From: Candidatus Bathyarchaeota archaeon
GTDB taxonomy: Archaea; Thermoproteota; Bathyarchaeia; Bathyarchaeales; Bathyarchaeaceae
DNA length: 35,855 bases
Assembly: GCA_963697165.1 (NCBI GenBank)
Contig: CAVOMX010000021.1
Location: 1 to 35,855, forward strand
Direction of reading: 5' to 3'
Part shown: positions 19,372 through 28,862 of the stretch, piece after piece
Numbering within the stretch: the stretch's first letter is position 1
Layout: every line of letters begins with the position of its first letter
Position numbers and translations under genes: made by a program
Notes under the pieces: model-generated
The model's database searches: none
Told to the model about the DNA's origin: nothing
The model's input: the letters and a program-made list of their open reading frames with translations, nothing else

Positions 19372-20553
19372 CTATTCAGAATCGATTATGCTCTGGGCTC
19401 CTTTTAGCAGTGCCTCTGCCAAATCTATCCCAGCAGCCAATCGGGTTTGTTCCCAGAATTCGGGACAAGCATTAGTTTCGTGGAACATGATGTTGTGTTT
19501 GTTTTTTTCCATGTTCTCTTCGATAACTTCTTTAATGTTCAAATAAGCATCTTGGCTCTTGTAGTTTTCAAAAGCCTTTTCCAGCTTCTTGTTCCATTCT
19601 GGAAAGTTCGTCCGCTTAGTCTTGTCACGTTTAACGTTTTTCACACCACCAAATGAGGGCTCAAGCTTGTCGAACTCTCCTATTAGGTACTCGTCGTCAA
19701 TGACTTTGTTGTTGCCCACCTCAATCATGCCATCAAAAGCTAAAAGGTATGCTTTACTGTCTCCGCCCATGGCTGCGCCACATTTGGCTGAAATGTCTCT
19801 GATGTGTTGAGGTAAGTTTACTCCAATAACCATGTTGCCCAAGAAAGTGTTTGTCCTGAAGTCTTTAAATCCTGCTCGCGCCAATGCTGTGGGATAACAA
19901 TATGGTTTTTTGCCGTCCTCTTTGGTTACGATTATTCTCAAGTCGTAAAACCATTTCTGAACAAGATTTTGAGCGAGAACTCCCACAGGATTAATTATTG
20001 AGGGCTCAACTTCTCTAAGAATATTTAACAATTCTTCACGGTCTTTAGCGAGTTTAACACTTTTTCCATGAGTACCAGCGTCTGGTTTGACTACAATATT
20101 GTTGTCAAGTTCCTGCTGTAACAAATCGGCTATGTCCTCTTCGTTGTGTATTTCTCGTCCATCCAACGTTTTTTCTTTAGAATCAACTGGAACATAAACT
20201 GTGTCAGGAATCCTAATTCCGGCCTGCCAAAAATGAAGTAAGGACCTTAATTTGCTAAAGCAGGCATATTCTACACATTGAGGGTTTATCACATGTTTGC
20301 CGAAAGCTTCCAGAACATTGGCTGCGAAGAGCCTTCTGTTCTTGCTTTGCGCACGATTTAGCACTACTTTGATGTCTTTGAGAATGTTGGTGTAATCTTT
20401 TCCTTTGGTTCGGAGCTTGTAACCGTTTCCATCGAATCGAACAGCAACTTTGCGGAAAGGAATGTAAACCAAGTCTATTCCCATCTCTTCCGCAGTCATT
20501 TTGATTCCTTTTTCGTCGGTTTCGGAGCTCTCAAACAAAATTCCGATGCTCAT
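19372..20553 (-). CDS. lysX: Divergent LysX/ArgX-like ATP-grasp amino acid--LysW ligase
   Basis: Between lysW and lysY. NRAQS, INP...ACFSK, VVKP, DLRIIV, RTNT and ETN align by eye with LysX/RimK motifs. Unusually long at 393 aa. Confidence 0.72.
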   Translation of the reverse strand: MSIGILFESSETDEKGIKMTAEEMGIDLVYIPFRKVAVRFDGNGYKLRTKGKDYTNILKDIKVVLNRAQSKNRRLFAANVLEAFGKHVINPQCVEYACFSKLRSLLHFWQAGIRIPDTVYVPVDSKEKTLDGREIHNEEDIADLLQQELDNNIVVKPDAGTHGKSVKLAKDREELLNILREVEPSIINPVGVLAQNLVQKWFYDLRIIVTKEDGKKPYCYPTALARAGFKDFRTNTFLGNMVIGVNLPQHIRDISAKCGAAMGGDSKAYLLAFDGMIEVGNNKVIDDEYLIGEFDKLEPSFGGVKNVKRDKTKRTNFPEWNKKLEKAFENYKSQDAYLNIKEVIEENMEKNKHNIMFHETNACPEFWEQTRLAAGIDLAEALLKGAQSIIDSE

Positions 20554-20659
20554 CTCTTTTCTTTCAACCTCGCTTCAAGTGTTCTATTTTTCTATAGATG
20601 TTTCTTGGTCTACTTTTTTGTTTCGCATGTAGCTTATAAAAAGAAATAATGAGGGGAAC

Positions 20660-20845
20660 CTATTCGCCCCAGTCTTCCCCTTCAATTCCAAGTTCTTTAA
20701 GTTCGACGCAGTCGCCCTTGTTTTCAGTCACTTCTAGTTCAAGACCGCAGCTCGGGCAGCTCAGGATCTCTCCTTTCATGACATCCTCTGGGACTTCGAT
20801 TTCCGCGTCACAGTCGGGACAATTGGCTTTCTTCACAACTTGCAC
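20660..20845 (-). CDS. lysW: Amino-group carrier protein LysW
   Basis: CPDC...CPSC zinc ribbon and C-terminal EDWGE. True start may be GTG at 20836, with GAGGTG upstream. Confidence 0.95.
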   Translation of the reverse strand: MQVVKKANCPDCDAEIEVPEDVMKGEILSCPSCGLELEVTENKGDCVELKELGIEGEDWGE

Positions 20846-20885
20846 CTCTTTGGTTTAAAGTGAGCCATTATAACAAATATTGCTG

Positions 20886-21073
20886 TTTATAAGAATTTCG
20901 GAGTATTAGCTGATGGTTTTGCAGTTTTTCCAACTTATTATACGAAATTCGTAGGATTTGTGCTGTAACCGTCAAAAAAATCCAAACCTCGAACATCCGC
21001 CGTTATGGTGAGAAAATGGGAACTGAGATACGGAAATCGTTACAAATTTGCTGCAAATTGTTCAGAAATCGTT
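20886..21073. promoter_or_regulatory. Divergent lysW / Lrp control region with BRE-TATA and repeated semi-palindromic sites
   Basis: Minus-strand CGAAATT-CTTATAAA (TATA 20893-20886). TACGAAATTCGTA (20941-20953), TACGGAAATCGTT (21029-21041), TTCAGAAATCGTT (21061-21073). Confidence 0.5.
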
Positions 21074-21112
21074 AAATTTTTCCGCAACTATAGTATAATG
21101 AGAGTGAAGAAG

Positions 21113-21523
21113 ATGGACGATACAGACAAGACGATAATCGAAATTCTGAAGCATGATGGTCGCGCCACTTATAGCGATATAGGAAAAAGAATTGACTTGT
21201 CTGAGGGAGCTATTCGGAAGAGAATCAAAGCTCTTGTTGATTCAGGGGCAATAAGGCGATTCACCGTCAAGGTTGGACTTACGGAAGGCGCTGAAGCAAT
21301 CGCTTTGCTTTCGGTTGACCCCTCTTTGCCGACTTCGGAGGTTTCCCAAGAATTGAAGAAGTTCTCTAACGTTGAAACAGTCTACGAAATTACTGGTGAA
21401 TACGATATCGCCGTTACCATATCAGGATTGAACATAACCGAAGTCAATGAATGTCTCGAAAAAATACGACGCCTTAAGGGTGTCGCCAACACAAACACCA
21501 TGATCGTTTTACGTAGCTGGTAA
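21113..21523 (+). CDS. lysM: Lrp/AsnC family regulator, LysM-like
   Basis: MDDTDKTIIEILKHDGR...LSEGAIRKRI HTH and YEITGEYD RAM domain, inside the lysine cluster. Start set at ATG 21113; the track starts at 21005. Confidence 0.8.
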   Translation: MDDTDKTIIEILKHDGRATYSDIGKRIDLSEGAIRKRIKALVDSGAIRRFTVKVGLTEGAEAIALLSVDPSLPTSEVSQELKKFSNVETVYEITGEYDIAVTISGLNITEVNECLEKIRRLKGVANTNTMIVLRSW

Positions 21524-21677
21524 ACTTTCCATTGATGACCAATTACGGTTTCAGAAACAATGGTAATCTTTTCGTATTATACTCAGTCTATTTTTACATA
21601 AAGTATATATATTTGTGCGTTTTGTATTCTTCCGCAACCTAATTAACAAAACATTGTGAAAAGGAAGTCTCACCAAA

Positions 21678-22916
21678 TTGGAAAACGAATATGTTAACGA
21701 ACAGGGGCAAAAACTACTAGAACAACTGAAAAGGGAAGGAATTCTTCCAAGTCCCTACAACTTCGCTAACTACAAAGCGCCCTCTTTAGACGAATATATT
21801 GTTCACGACAGTACTCTACGAGAGGGAGAACAGACCCCCGGCGTCATCTTCAGTATAGAAGACAAACTGAAAATCGCCAAAAAACTAGATGAGGTTGGAG
21901 TACCACAGATAGAAGCAGGATTCCCGGCAGCCTCAGAAAAACAGAGAAAATGCGTCGACGCACTAGTTGACCTGAACTTAGATGCTCAATTATCCGCCTT
22001 TGCTCGAGCTAAAAAAGAGGACATTGATGCTGTAGCTGACAGCGGAGCCGACGGTATCGTAATGTCCCTATCCATTTCTCCTTACCATAGGAAATACAAA
22101 TTCAAGGACATGAGCAAAGAAACGTATCTGGAAAAGCTGGTTGAACACATCAGCTACGCAGAAAGCTATGGACTCTTCGTAATATACAGCGCAGAGGACA
22201 CAACCAGAGAAAACGACATAGACTTCCTGAAAAAAGCATACAAAACAGCAGAGGAAGCAGGAGCAGACAGAGCACGAGTAGTTGACACTCTGGGATGTGC
22301 AAGCCCCAACGGAATGGCATATCTTGTCAAAGAAATCAGAAAAGAAATAGACATACCCATCGAGGTGCACTGCCACAACGACCTTGGCTTAGCTCTGGCA
22401 AATTCCTTGGCATCCGTAGAAGCCGGCGCATCAACAGTATCAACATCCGTGAATGGCTTAGGCGAAAGAGCTGGAATAGCAATGACAGAAGAAATCATTC
22501 CTGCCCTGCACATATTGTATGGCGCAAGCTCCTTTGAGATGAGCCAACTAACTTCTTTAGCTAATCTTGTTCAAGAGATTTCTGGAATAAGCATGCCTCC
22601 TCACAAACCATTAACTGGCAATAACGTAAATGCCCACAGTTCAGGCATACACCAGCATGGCGTTCTCGTTAACCCGACGACATACGAGTTTTATCCGCCC
22701 AGAATGATGGGACAGAAACGAAAAATTTACATTGACGAATTGGGTGGTCGGCATGGAATCATATATGTGGCGAAAGAGCTTGGTCTAGAAATCTCTGACG
22801 AAACGGCAAAGAAGGTTCTTGAGAGAGTAAAGACAGCCTTTTCTTGTGAGGGACGGAGAAGTTCCTACACTCCCGAAGATATCAAACAACTAATAGATGA
22901 AATTGAAAAGAGTTGA
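21678..22916 (+). CDS. Homocitrate synthase (HCS/IPMS family)
   Basis: DSTLREGEQ, HCHNDLG, GLGERAG, AHSSGIH. No IPMS C-terminal regulatory domain. Lysine cluster context. Confidence 0.8.
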   Translation: MENEYVNEQGQKLLEQLKREGILPSPYNFANYKAPSLDEYIVHDSTLREGEQTPGVIFSIEDKLKIAKKLDEVGVPQIEAGFPAASEKQRKCVDALVDLNLDAQLSAFARAKKEDIDAVADSGADGIVMSLSISPYHRKYKFKDMSKETYLEKLVEHISYAESYGLFVIYSAEDTTRENDIDFLKKAYKTAEEAGADRARVVDTLGCASPNGMAYLVKEIRKEIDIPIEVHCHNDLGLALANSLASVEAGASTVSTSVNGLGERAGIAMTEEIIPALHILYGASSFEMSQLTSLANLVQEISGISMPPHKPLTGNNVNAHSSGIHQHGVLVNPTTYEFYPPRMMGQKRKIYIDELGGRHGIIYVAKELGLEISDETAKKVLERVKTAFSCEGRRSSYTPEDIKQLIDEIEKS

Positions 22917-24160
22917 AAACCATGGCATCTACAATAACTGAAAAAATCTTGGCAAACGCTTCACACCAAAAAGAAGTGGTTCCAGGAGATTTTGTTGTAG
23001 CAGATGTAAGCTATGCCATGGCCCACGATTCAACAGCACCCTTAGCAATCGAAAGCTTCAGCAAAATCGCGGATAAAGTCTTCGACAAAGACCGAGTGAT
23101 AATCGTATTCGACCATTTTTTCCCCGCACCATCAGTAGCCGGAGCGACACTGCACCAAAAATCAAGAACATTTGTAATGGAACAAAACCTTTCTGGATTC
23201 TTCACTAACGGAGTTTGTCACCAACTTTTAGTTGAAAAATTCATTTCCCCTGGAGACATCTTGGTTGGAGCTGACTCACACACATGCACTGAAGGAGCCT
23301 TGGGGGCATTCACTACTGGTTTGGGATCAACTGACATTGGAGGAGTTATGGCTACTGGAAAATGCTGGTTCAAAGTTCCTGAAAGCCTGAAATTCAATAT
23401 AACTGGCTCAACAAAGAAGGGCGTCTACGCCAAGGACGTTATCCTAAGTATTGTCGGAGATGTTGGAGCTGCTGGTGCACTCTACAAGGCTTGCGAATTT
23501 ACTGGCGACTACGTGAAGAACGCAAGTGTTGCATCGCGTTTGACTTTGTGTAACATGGCTATTGAGATGGGCGGCAAAAACGGCATAATTGAAGCTGACC
23601 AAAAAACCCTTAATTTTCTGACAGGACGAACCGGAACAATCTTCAAGAGCGACAAAGATGCAGTCTACGAAGAAGAATTCGAGATCGCGGTTGAAGATAT
23701 TGAGCCGCAAGTTGCGCTTCCTCCAGTAGTAGACAACGTGAAGCCCGTTTCTTCAATTGAAGGAAAAACAATAGATCAAGCATTCTTGGGAACATGCACC
23801 AACGGGCGCCTCGAAGACATTGAAGTTGCCACAAAAATATTGAAAGGCAAAAAAATTGCCCGAAACGTCAGGTTCATAGTTACTCCTGCGTCACAAGACA
23901 TCTACTTTGCAGCCCTCGAGAAAGGGTACCTGCAAGACCTAATTAATGCGGGTGCAGCAGTTTGCAACCCCACCTGTGGACCTTGTGTAGGTAGACACGG
24001 GGGAGTGCTGGCTGAGGGTGAGGTTTGTATTTCAAGCCAGAACCGAAACTTCACTGGACGAATGGGTGCTCCTAAAGCGGAAATTATTCTAGCTTCTCCT
24101 GCAACGGTTGCGGCGTCAGCTTTAGCTGGAAAGATTGTTGATCCGAGGGACTATATGTGA
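22913..24160 (+). CDS. Homoaconitase / isopropylmalate isomerase family large subunit
   Basis: GADSHTCT, LCNMAIEMG, GTCTNGR, CGPCVG, NRNFTGRMG. Confidence 0.88.
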   Translation: MKTMASTITEKILANASHQKEVVPGDFVVADVSYAMAHDSTAPLAIESFSKIADKVFDKDRVIIVFDHFFPAPSVAGATLHQKSRTFVMEQNLSGFFTNGVCHQLLVEKFISPGDILVGADSHTCTEGALGAFTTGLGSTDIGGVMATGKCWFKVPESLKFNITGSTKKGVYAKDVILSIVGDVGAAGALYKACEFTGDYVKNASVASRLTLCNMAIEMGGKNGIIEADQKTLNFLTGRTGTIFKSDKDAVYEEEFEIAVEDIEPQVALPPVVDNVKPVSSIEGKTIDQAFLGTCTNGRLEDIEVATKILKGKKIARNVRFIVTPASQDIYFAALEKGYLQDLINAGAAVCNPTCGPCVGRHGGVLAEGEVCISSQNRNFTGRMGAPKAEIILASPATVAASALAGKIVDPRDYM

Positions 24161-24642
24161 GAGTTTGGAAGTTTGGAGACGACATAAACACTGACGTTAT
24201 CACGCCAGGTAGATATACTGTAACAACAGACAAAAAACGATTAGGCGAAATAGCATTCATAGAGTACAGACCAGAATTTGGCAAAGGCGTAAAAGAAGGA
24301 GATGTGATCGTTGCAGGAAACAACTTCGGTTGTGGTTCCTCTAGGGAGCACTCTCCTGTTGCGATAAAGGCTGCTGGAATAAGTGCTGTTATCGCTAAAT
24401 CGTTTGCTCGTATCTTCTTTAGAAATTCCATAAACATTGGGCTTCCACTGTTTGTTTCTGAGGACGCTGACAAAATTGATGACGGCGACGAGGTTGAAAT
24501 AAACATCAAAACTGGTGAGATTCGCGACAAAACTAAAGCCATAGTTCTCAAGGCGAAGCCGCTGCCAGAGTTTATGCAAAAGATTGTGAATAAGGGTGGC
24601 TTAGTAAACTTTCTGCGAGGCGACGGCTATGACAACATATAA
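24157..24642 (+). CDS. Homoaconitase / isopropylmalate isomerase family small subunit
   Basis: DDINTDVITP, NFGCGSSREH, SFARIFFRN. Confidence 0.88.
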   Translation: MRVWKFGDDINTDVITPGRYTVTTDKKRLGEIAFIEYRPEFGKGVKEGDVIVAGNNFGCGSSREHSPVAIKAAGISAVIAKSFARIFFRNSINIGLPLFVSEDADKIDDGDEVEINIKTGEIRDKTKAIVLKAKPLPEFMQKIVNKGGLVNFLRGDGYDNI

Positions 24643-25624
24643 TCTAGCGGTCATTCCTGGTCCTGGAATTGGGGCTGAGGTTGTCACTGAAGCGATTAGG
24701 TTACTGGAGAGCACAGGCTTAAATTTTGATTGCAGATACATGGAGATTGGCTACGAAGTTTTCAAAAGAACGGGTAATCCCGTTCCTGATGATGTCTTGG
24801 CGGAGATACGGAAAACTCAGGCTTGCCTGTTTGGGGCTACAACTACTCCTGTTGGTGTTCCGGGCTACAAAAGCGCGATTATAACGTTGAGAACAGCCTT
24901 GGGGTTATATGCTAATGTTAGACCCGCAAAGAGTTATCCTATTCAGAAAAGTATGAAAGATGTTGATTTGGTGATTGTGCGGGAAAACACGGAAGGCATG
25001 TACAGCGGCATGGAGTTTGAGTTGCCCGATTCTGCATTTACCATCAGGGTGATTACAAGAAAGGCGACTGAACGGATTAGCCGCTTTGCTTTTGATTTGG
25101 CAATGAAGCGGCGCAAAAAGGTGACTGTTGTTACTAAGGCGAACGTGTTGCGTAAGTCGGATGGTCTCTTTCTTGATGTTGCACGCAAAGTTGCGGAAGA
25201 TTATCCTGACGTGGAAGTCGAGGAGGCTTTTGTTGACGTTACAGCAATGAGACTCATTCTTAAACCCAATATATTCGATGTGATTGTTACTTCCAACCTT
25301 TTCGGTGATATTCTTTCTGATGAGGCTGCGGGTTTAGTTGGAGGGTTAGGGTTAGCTCCCAGCGCGAACATAGGAGCAGATTATGCCCTATTTGAGCCTG
25401 TTCACGGTTCTGCACCAGCGCTTGCAGGAAGGAAGATAGCGAATCCTATGGCGGCGATGCTTGCCTCTAAGATGATGCTGGATTATCTCGGCGAAAACAG
25501 GTGGGCTGAGCGCATCGAAAACGCTATCGTAAACGTTTTGAAAGAAGGAAAAGTTTTGACTCCAGACCTTGGAGGCTCTTCGTCCACAACGCAGGTTACA
25601 GATGCAGTAATAGCTGCAGTGTAA
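24629..25624 (+). CDS. Homoisocitrate / isopropylmalate dehydrogenase family
   Basis: YANVRP, IVRENTEGMY, KANVL, NLFGDILSD, FEPVHGSAP. Confidence 0.87.
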   Translation: MTTYNLAVIPGPGIGAEVVTEAIRLLESTGLNFDCRYMEIGYEVFKRTGNPVPDDVLAEIRKTQACLFGATTTPVGVPGYKSAIITLRTALGLYANVRPAKSYPIQKSMKDVDLVIVRENTEGMYSGMEFELPDSAFTIRVITRKATERISRFAFDLAMKRRKKVTVVTKANVLRKSDGLFLDVARKVAEDYPDVEVEEAFVDVTAMRLILKPNIFDVIVTSNLFGDILSDEAAGLVGGLGLAPSANIGADYALFEPVHGSAPALAGRKIANPMAAMLASKMMLDYLGENRWAERIENAIVNVLKEGKVLTPDLGGSSSTTQVTDAVIAAV

Positions 25625-25778
25625 AACACCAATATTTTTGATGCAATGCCAGAATTAACGTTTTGAAGCTGGCTAGCAACTAAATAATCTCAGAAGATAG
25701 TGCATATGCCTTAGCTTTATCTTTCAAGTTCCACTTGACCTTTTAGAAACAAGAATAATCTTCATTGGGACAGAAAAC

Positions 25779-26150
25779 CTAGTGTCTTCCTCTGTATCTT
25801 GAGTTTCTTTCTTGCTTGTTCTGTTTTTGTCGCCAGTCTCTTTTTCTCTGGGTTTCTATCTTGTCCCTCGAGAACTCGTAGTGCCTAGACTCGCCTCGTC
25901 TGTAATCATCTAATGCTCGGTAAAAGTTTGAGTAACCCATTTCGTCATTAGAAAGGGAAGTTATGATGTCATTTAATTCGTTTCTTGTGTTTGTTGAATC
26001 TATTTTATCCCACGCCTCAGAGTAGGCAATATAAGCTGCATGAAATTTAAAATCGGACGGTTTGTCGATCAATAATTTAGTTGCTGTTTGAGTTTGGGTT
26101 TCTTCTGGTTGCTGGGTTTCTTCAGTTTGGGGATTCGTTTCTTCAGTCAT
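25779..26150 (-). CDS. Hypothetical protein (acidic N-terminus, basic C-terminus)
   Basis: 123-aa ORF filling the intergenic space. No family recognised. Confidence 0.7.
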   Translation of the reverse strand: MTEETNPQTEETQQPEETQTQTATKLLIDKPSDFKFHAAYIAYSEAWDKIDSTNTRNELNDIITSLSNDEMGYSNFYRALDDYRRGESRHYEFSRDKIETQRKRDWRQKQNKQERNSRYRGRH

Positions 26151-26254
26151 AACTTTCTATACCCTAGAGCTGATGGAGATACTACACACATCGACACTAT
26201 AAAAATTTATCTAACAATACCGAAAAACCAGATTTTCTGTTATTCTAGAGCCGG

Positions 26255-26917
26255 CTATCCACGTTTTTCTCCACTGCAGAAACGTGTAATATACTCTAGC
26301 GTTAAGTCGGAGGCGCTTTCTAGAACTTCTTCAGTTATTCCGGGAACTCCGCAAACCACTATAGACACGTTTTCTGTTTTTTCGGTTACTTTGGTGTTGT
26401 CAGCATCCCTGTGAGGATAAACTGCTATCAGGTTCTCTTGGTCGGAGATAATTATTTCTCTCCCTTTCAGAATCAACGGCTTTTCCATGCCGATTCCCAA
26501 GATTTGTTCTCCTTCTTTTGCGAATCTCATGAGAAGTTTTCCGTCCAGTTTGTCTGCGTCAAAAGTTGCTATGGCAATTCTGGTCTTGATTGAGGCTAGG
26601 TTGTAGGTGTCAACAAGAGTATTTATGCATGGAAGCGTTTTTCCTGCAAGAATTCTTCTCGTCAAAGCCTCAGCAGCTGGACGAGTTTTTGTTGGATCTA
26701 TCCCTATCCTCCAAAAAAAGGTTCGGTAAGCCCTGAATGTCGGAAGATCCTTTACTGAATCTAGCGTATACTCATTTCTAATGTGCCTCATTACTTCAAG
26801 CTTAAAGTTTTCCAGTTCAGGGGCTTTCTTTCTAATATTCACTCCATCAATATCAAGCGTAAGAGCAGTCAGTTCTGGAAAATGGATCTTAAGTTCAGAA
26901 TCAATCTTTAGGCTCAA
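26255..26917 (-). CDS. Stand-alone B3/B4 (PheRS beta editing-like) domain protein
   Basis: RAYRTFFWRIGIDPTKTRPAAEALTRR, INTLVDTYNLAS, FDADKL. Confidence 0.85.
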   Translation of the reverse strand: MSLKIDSELKIHFPELTALTLDIDGVNIRKKAPELENFKLEVMRHIRNEYTLDSVKDLPTFRAYRTFFWRIGIDPTKTRPAAEALTRRILAGKTLPCINTLVDTYNLASIKTRIAIATFDADKLDGKLLMRFAKEGEQILGIGMEKPLILKGREIIISDQENLIAVYPHRDADNTKVTEKTENVSIVVCGVPGITEEVLESASDLTLEYITRFCSGEKRG

Positions 26918-26974
26918 CAGTTCCTTGTCTCCTGTATCTTGAAATGCTTATGTTTCTGTTGTCGGGTACAGTTT

Positions 26975-28159
26975 TTAAAAATCTTGGGGATAATCTGCAA
27001 AATCCCAGTCTTCAAAGGTTCCTTGAGTTTCCGCTGGCTTTCTTCGCGTTAACAACGTCAACACTAGAAGAATCACTAAAAAGAAGACCAGAACAGCTCC
27101 AATCATAAACAACTCCGAAGGTATAACTATCAGCCTGAATGTGCTACTGTCTGCACCGCTGTAGTCATCGTCTCCTGACCAATTAGCTCTGACAGAATAT
27201 ATTCCGCCGGCTGGGGACTCCCACACATAAGAATACTGCCCATCAGCTTCGGTTACAACAGTTGCCAACATAACTAATGGGGACCCCATCGAACTGATAT
27301 ACAACGTAACTGTTTCTCCAGCCAAAGAAGGCGAAAGCGACCCAGCTATCTCTACATATTTTTGAGAAATTACAAAATTTGTGGAAAGTGACATGTAAAT
27401 TGCCGAGGAATCAGGAATAACGTAACTGGACGAAACCTGCGCCGGAGCTGTTTGCTCATAATTCATTAATGGTATAACTTTTGCGTATGATTTTTGAAGT
27501 ATCTCGGGGCACTCACCAACGCGCCATCCATTCTCCCATTTGCCGCCCGTAGTCTCCGCGACATAGTATTTCTTTCCTTCATATCTATAAAAATAGAGCT
27601 GCGATCGAGCGTCCTTTGGACTCTCTGACAGATGAACACCCAACAGCATATGATCCTGCTGCTCAAGAAGTAGCAACACTACGTCGAGTCCCCCCGCTTT
27701 CATTATAGACGCAGCCACTATAGTGAATAGGTCACAGTCTCCTTCATCTTCAAAAATCGTTTCCACTGGATACTTCTGAGGATCACTCTCCACATACGAA
27801 ATCTGATGCACAATCATAAGAACACCATTCGCAAAATCCTCTTCATTGCTATAGATAGTCCACAAATCATCAGCAATCGGCTTCAAAGCATCGGGAGTCA
27901 CAAACTTGGAAAAATCATAACCATACAAATTATGGTTTTGGGTACTATTATAGTACTCATAAAGTGTATCATTTATTGTAACCGTTAAACGATAAACTGT
28001 AGAGCCGTCTGGACTGTCTAAAAGATGATAACTGTATTCGTGGGTATCGGCTAAACATCTGCCTGATGGAAGAAGCAGTAACAAAATGACTAATGAGACA
28101 ACGATTATCTTCCGGAGCCTAAACGATGAAGACATACATGTAAGCATTCTTCTTCGCAC
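26975..28159 (-). CDS. Membrane-anchored transglutaminase-like domain protein with Ig-like domain
   Basis: Signal-like N-terminus, GDCD...H...ETT putative triad, GSLSP...GQYSYVW...RANWSGD beta-sandwich, C-terminal TM. Confidence 0.6.
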   Translation of the reverse strand: MRRRMLTCMSSSFRLRKIIVVSLVILLLLLPSGRCLADTHEYSYHLLDSPDGSTVYRLTVTINDTLYEYYNSTQNHNLYGYDFSKFVTPDALKPIADDLWTIYSNEEDFANGVLMIVHQISYVESDPQKYPVETIFEDEGDCDLFTIVAASIMKAGGLDVVLLLLEQQDHMLLGVHLSESPKDARSQLYFYRYEGKKYYVAETTGGKWENGWRVGECPEILQKSYAKVIPLMNYEQTAPAQVSSSYVIPDSSAIYMSLSTNFVISQKYVEIAGSLSPSLAGETVTLYISSMGSPLVMLATVVTEADGQYSYVWESPAGGIYSVRANWSGDDDYSGADSSTFRLIVIPSELFMIGAVLVFFLVILLVLTLLTRRKPAETQGTFEDWDFADYPQDF

Positions 28160-28362
28160 TATTTATTTTTAGTCAAAACATTAAATATTATGCTGCACGA
28201 AAATCGACAAATGGTTGAACAAAAAACACGCCCCGCAATGTAAACAAAGAAAAACTGCACAATATTAGAAGACTAGTAATGCATCATTGTTGAAAACAGC
28301 CTATTTCTCAGAAAACATGGAAACACAAAAAAGTCTTTTCCATGTGCCTGTTTAATTACTGC

Positions 28363-28803
28363 TTATTTTCGTCTGCTTGACACTATTCCTTTGCTGTTCT
28401 GGTATGACCCATTGTAGCCTTTCTTTGCAGTGCTTCCAAGACTGTGAAACACAATCTGCACAATACGCTCGCCCTCGTTCAATGTGACCTCTTTATCGCT
28501 AACATTATGAAGATTCAAAGTCAACTGCCCTCGAAAGCCAGGGTCCACAACAGCGAAACTTCCAATAATGCCTTCCCGCGCAAGCGACGAGCGAATATGA
28601 AGAAAAGCCGCCACATTCAAACCCAACTCAACGGTTTCCAGCGTCGCCACAAGCACATACTGTTTCGGCTTCAAAACCATAGTCTTGGAGCACCTCAAGT
28701 CGTAACCTGCGGGATTCAAGCAAGACGAAACATCAGAGGGCACAAGCCCGATTTCTCCTGTTCTCATATATTCCAGTATTTCCGAGTCAGAAAGCACAGT
28801 CAA
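28363..28803 (-). CDS. dcd: dCTP deaminase / trimeric dUTPase family
   Basis: LSDSEI, PAGYDLR, RSSLAREG, VDPGFRGQLTL, YNGSYQ. Confidence 0.85.
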   Translation of the reverse strand: MTVLSDSEILEYMRTGEIGLVPSDVSSCLNPAGYDLRCSKTMVLKPKQYVLVATLETVELGLNVAAFLHIRSSLAREGIIGSFAVVDPGFRGQLTLNLHNVSDKEVTLNEGERIVQIVFHSLGSTAKKGYNGSYQNSKGIVSSRRK

Positions 28804-28862
28804 CGAAGTTCACAGCCCTTCATGATAAGAGTTGACAAAAAAGAATCTTTCGATACTTTTGG

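Noticed and set aside
20554..20659. Short ORF MRNKKVDQETSIEK* between lysW and lysX
   Set aside because: No convincing enrichment or structure; it lies close to a TTTTATAA element that is more likely an internal promoter or terminator.
21678..25624. Leucine operon (leuACDB) assignment
   Set aside because: The synthase has the HCS-like DSTLREGEQ motif and no leucine-binding C-terminal domain, and the genes sit in the lysW cluster. Promiscuity is not excluded.
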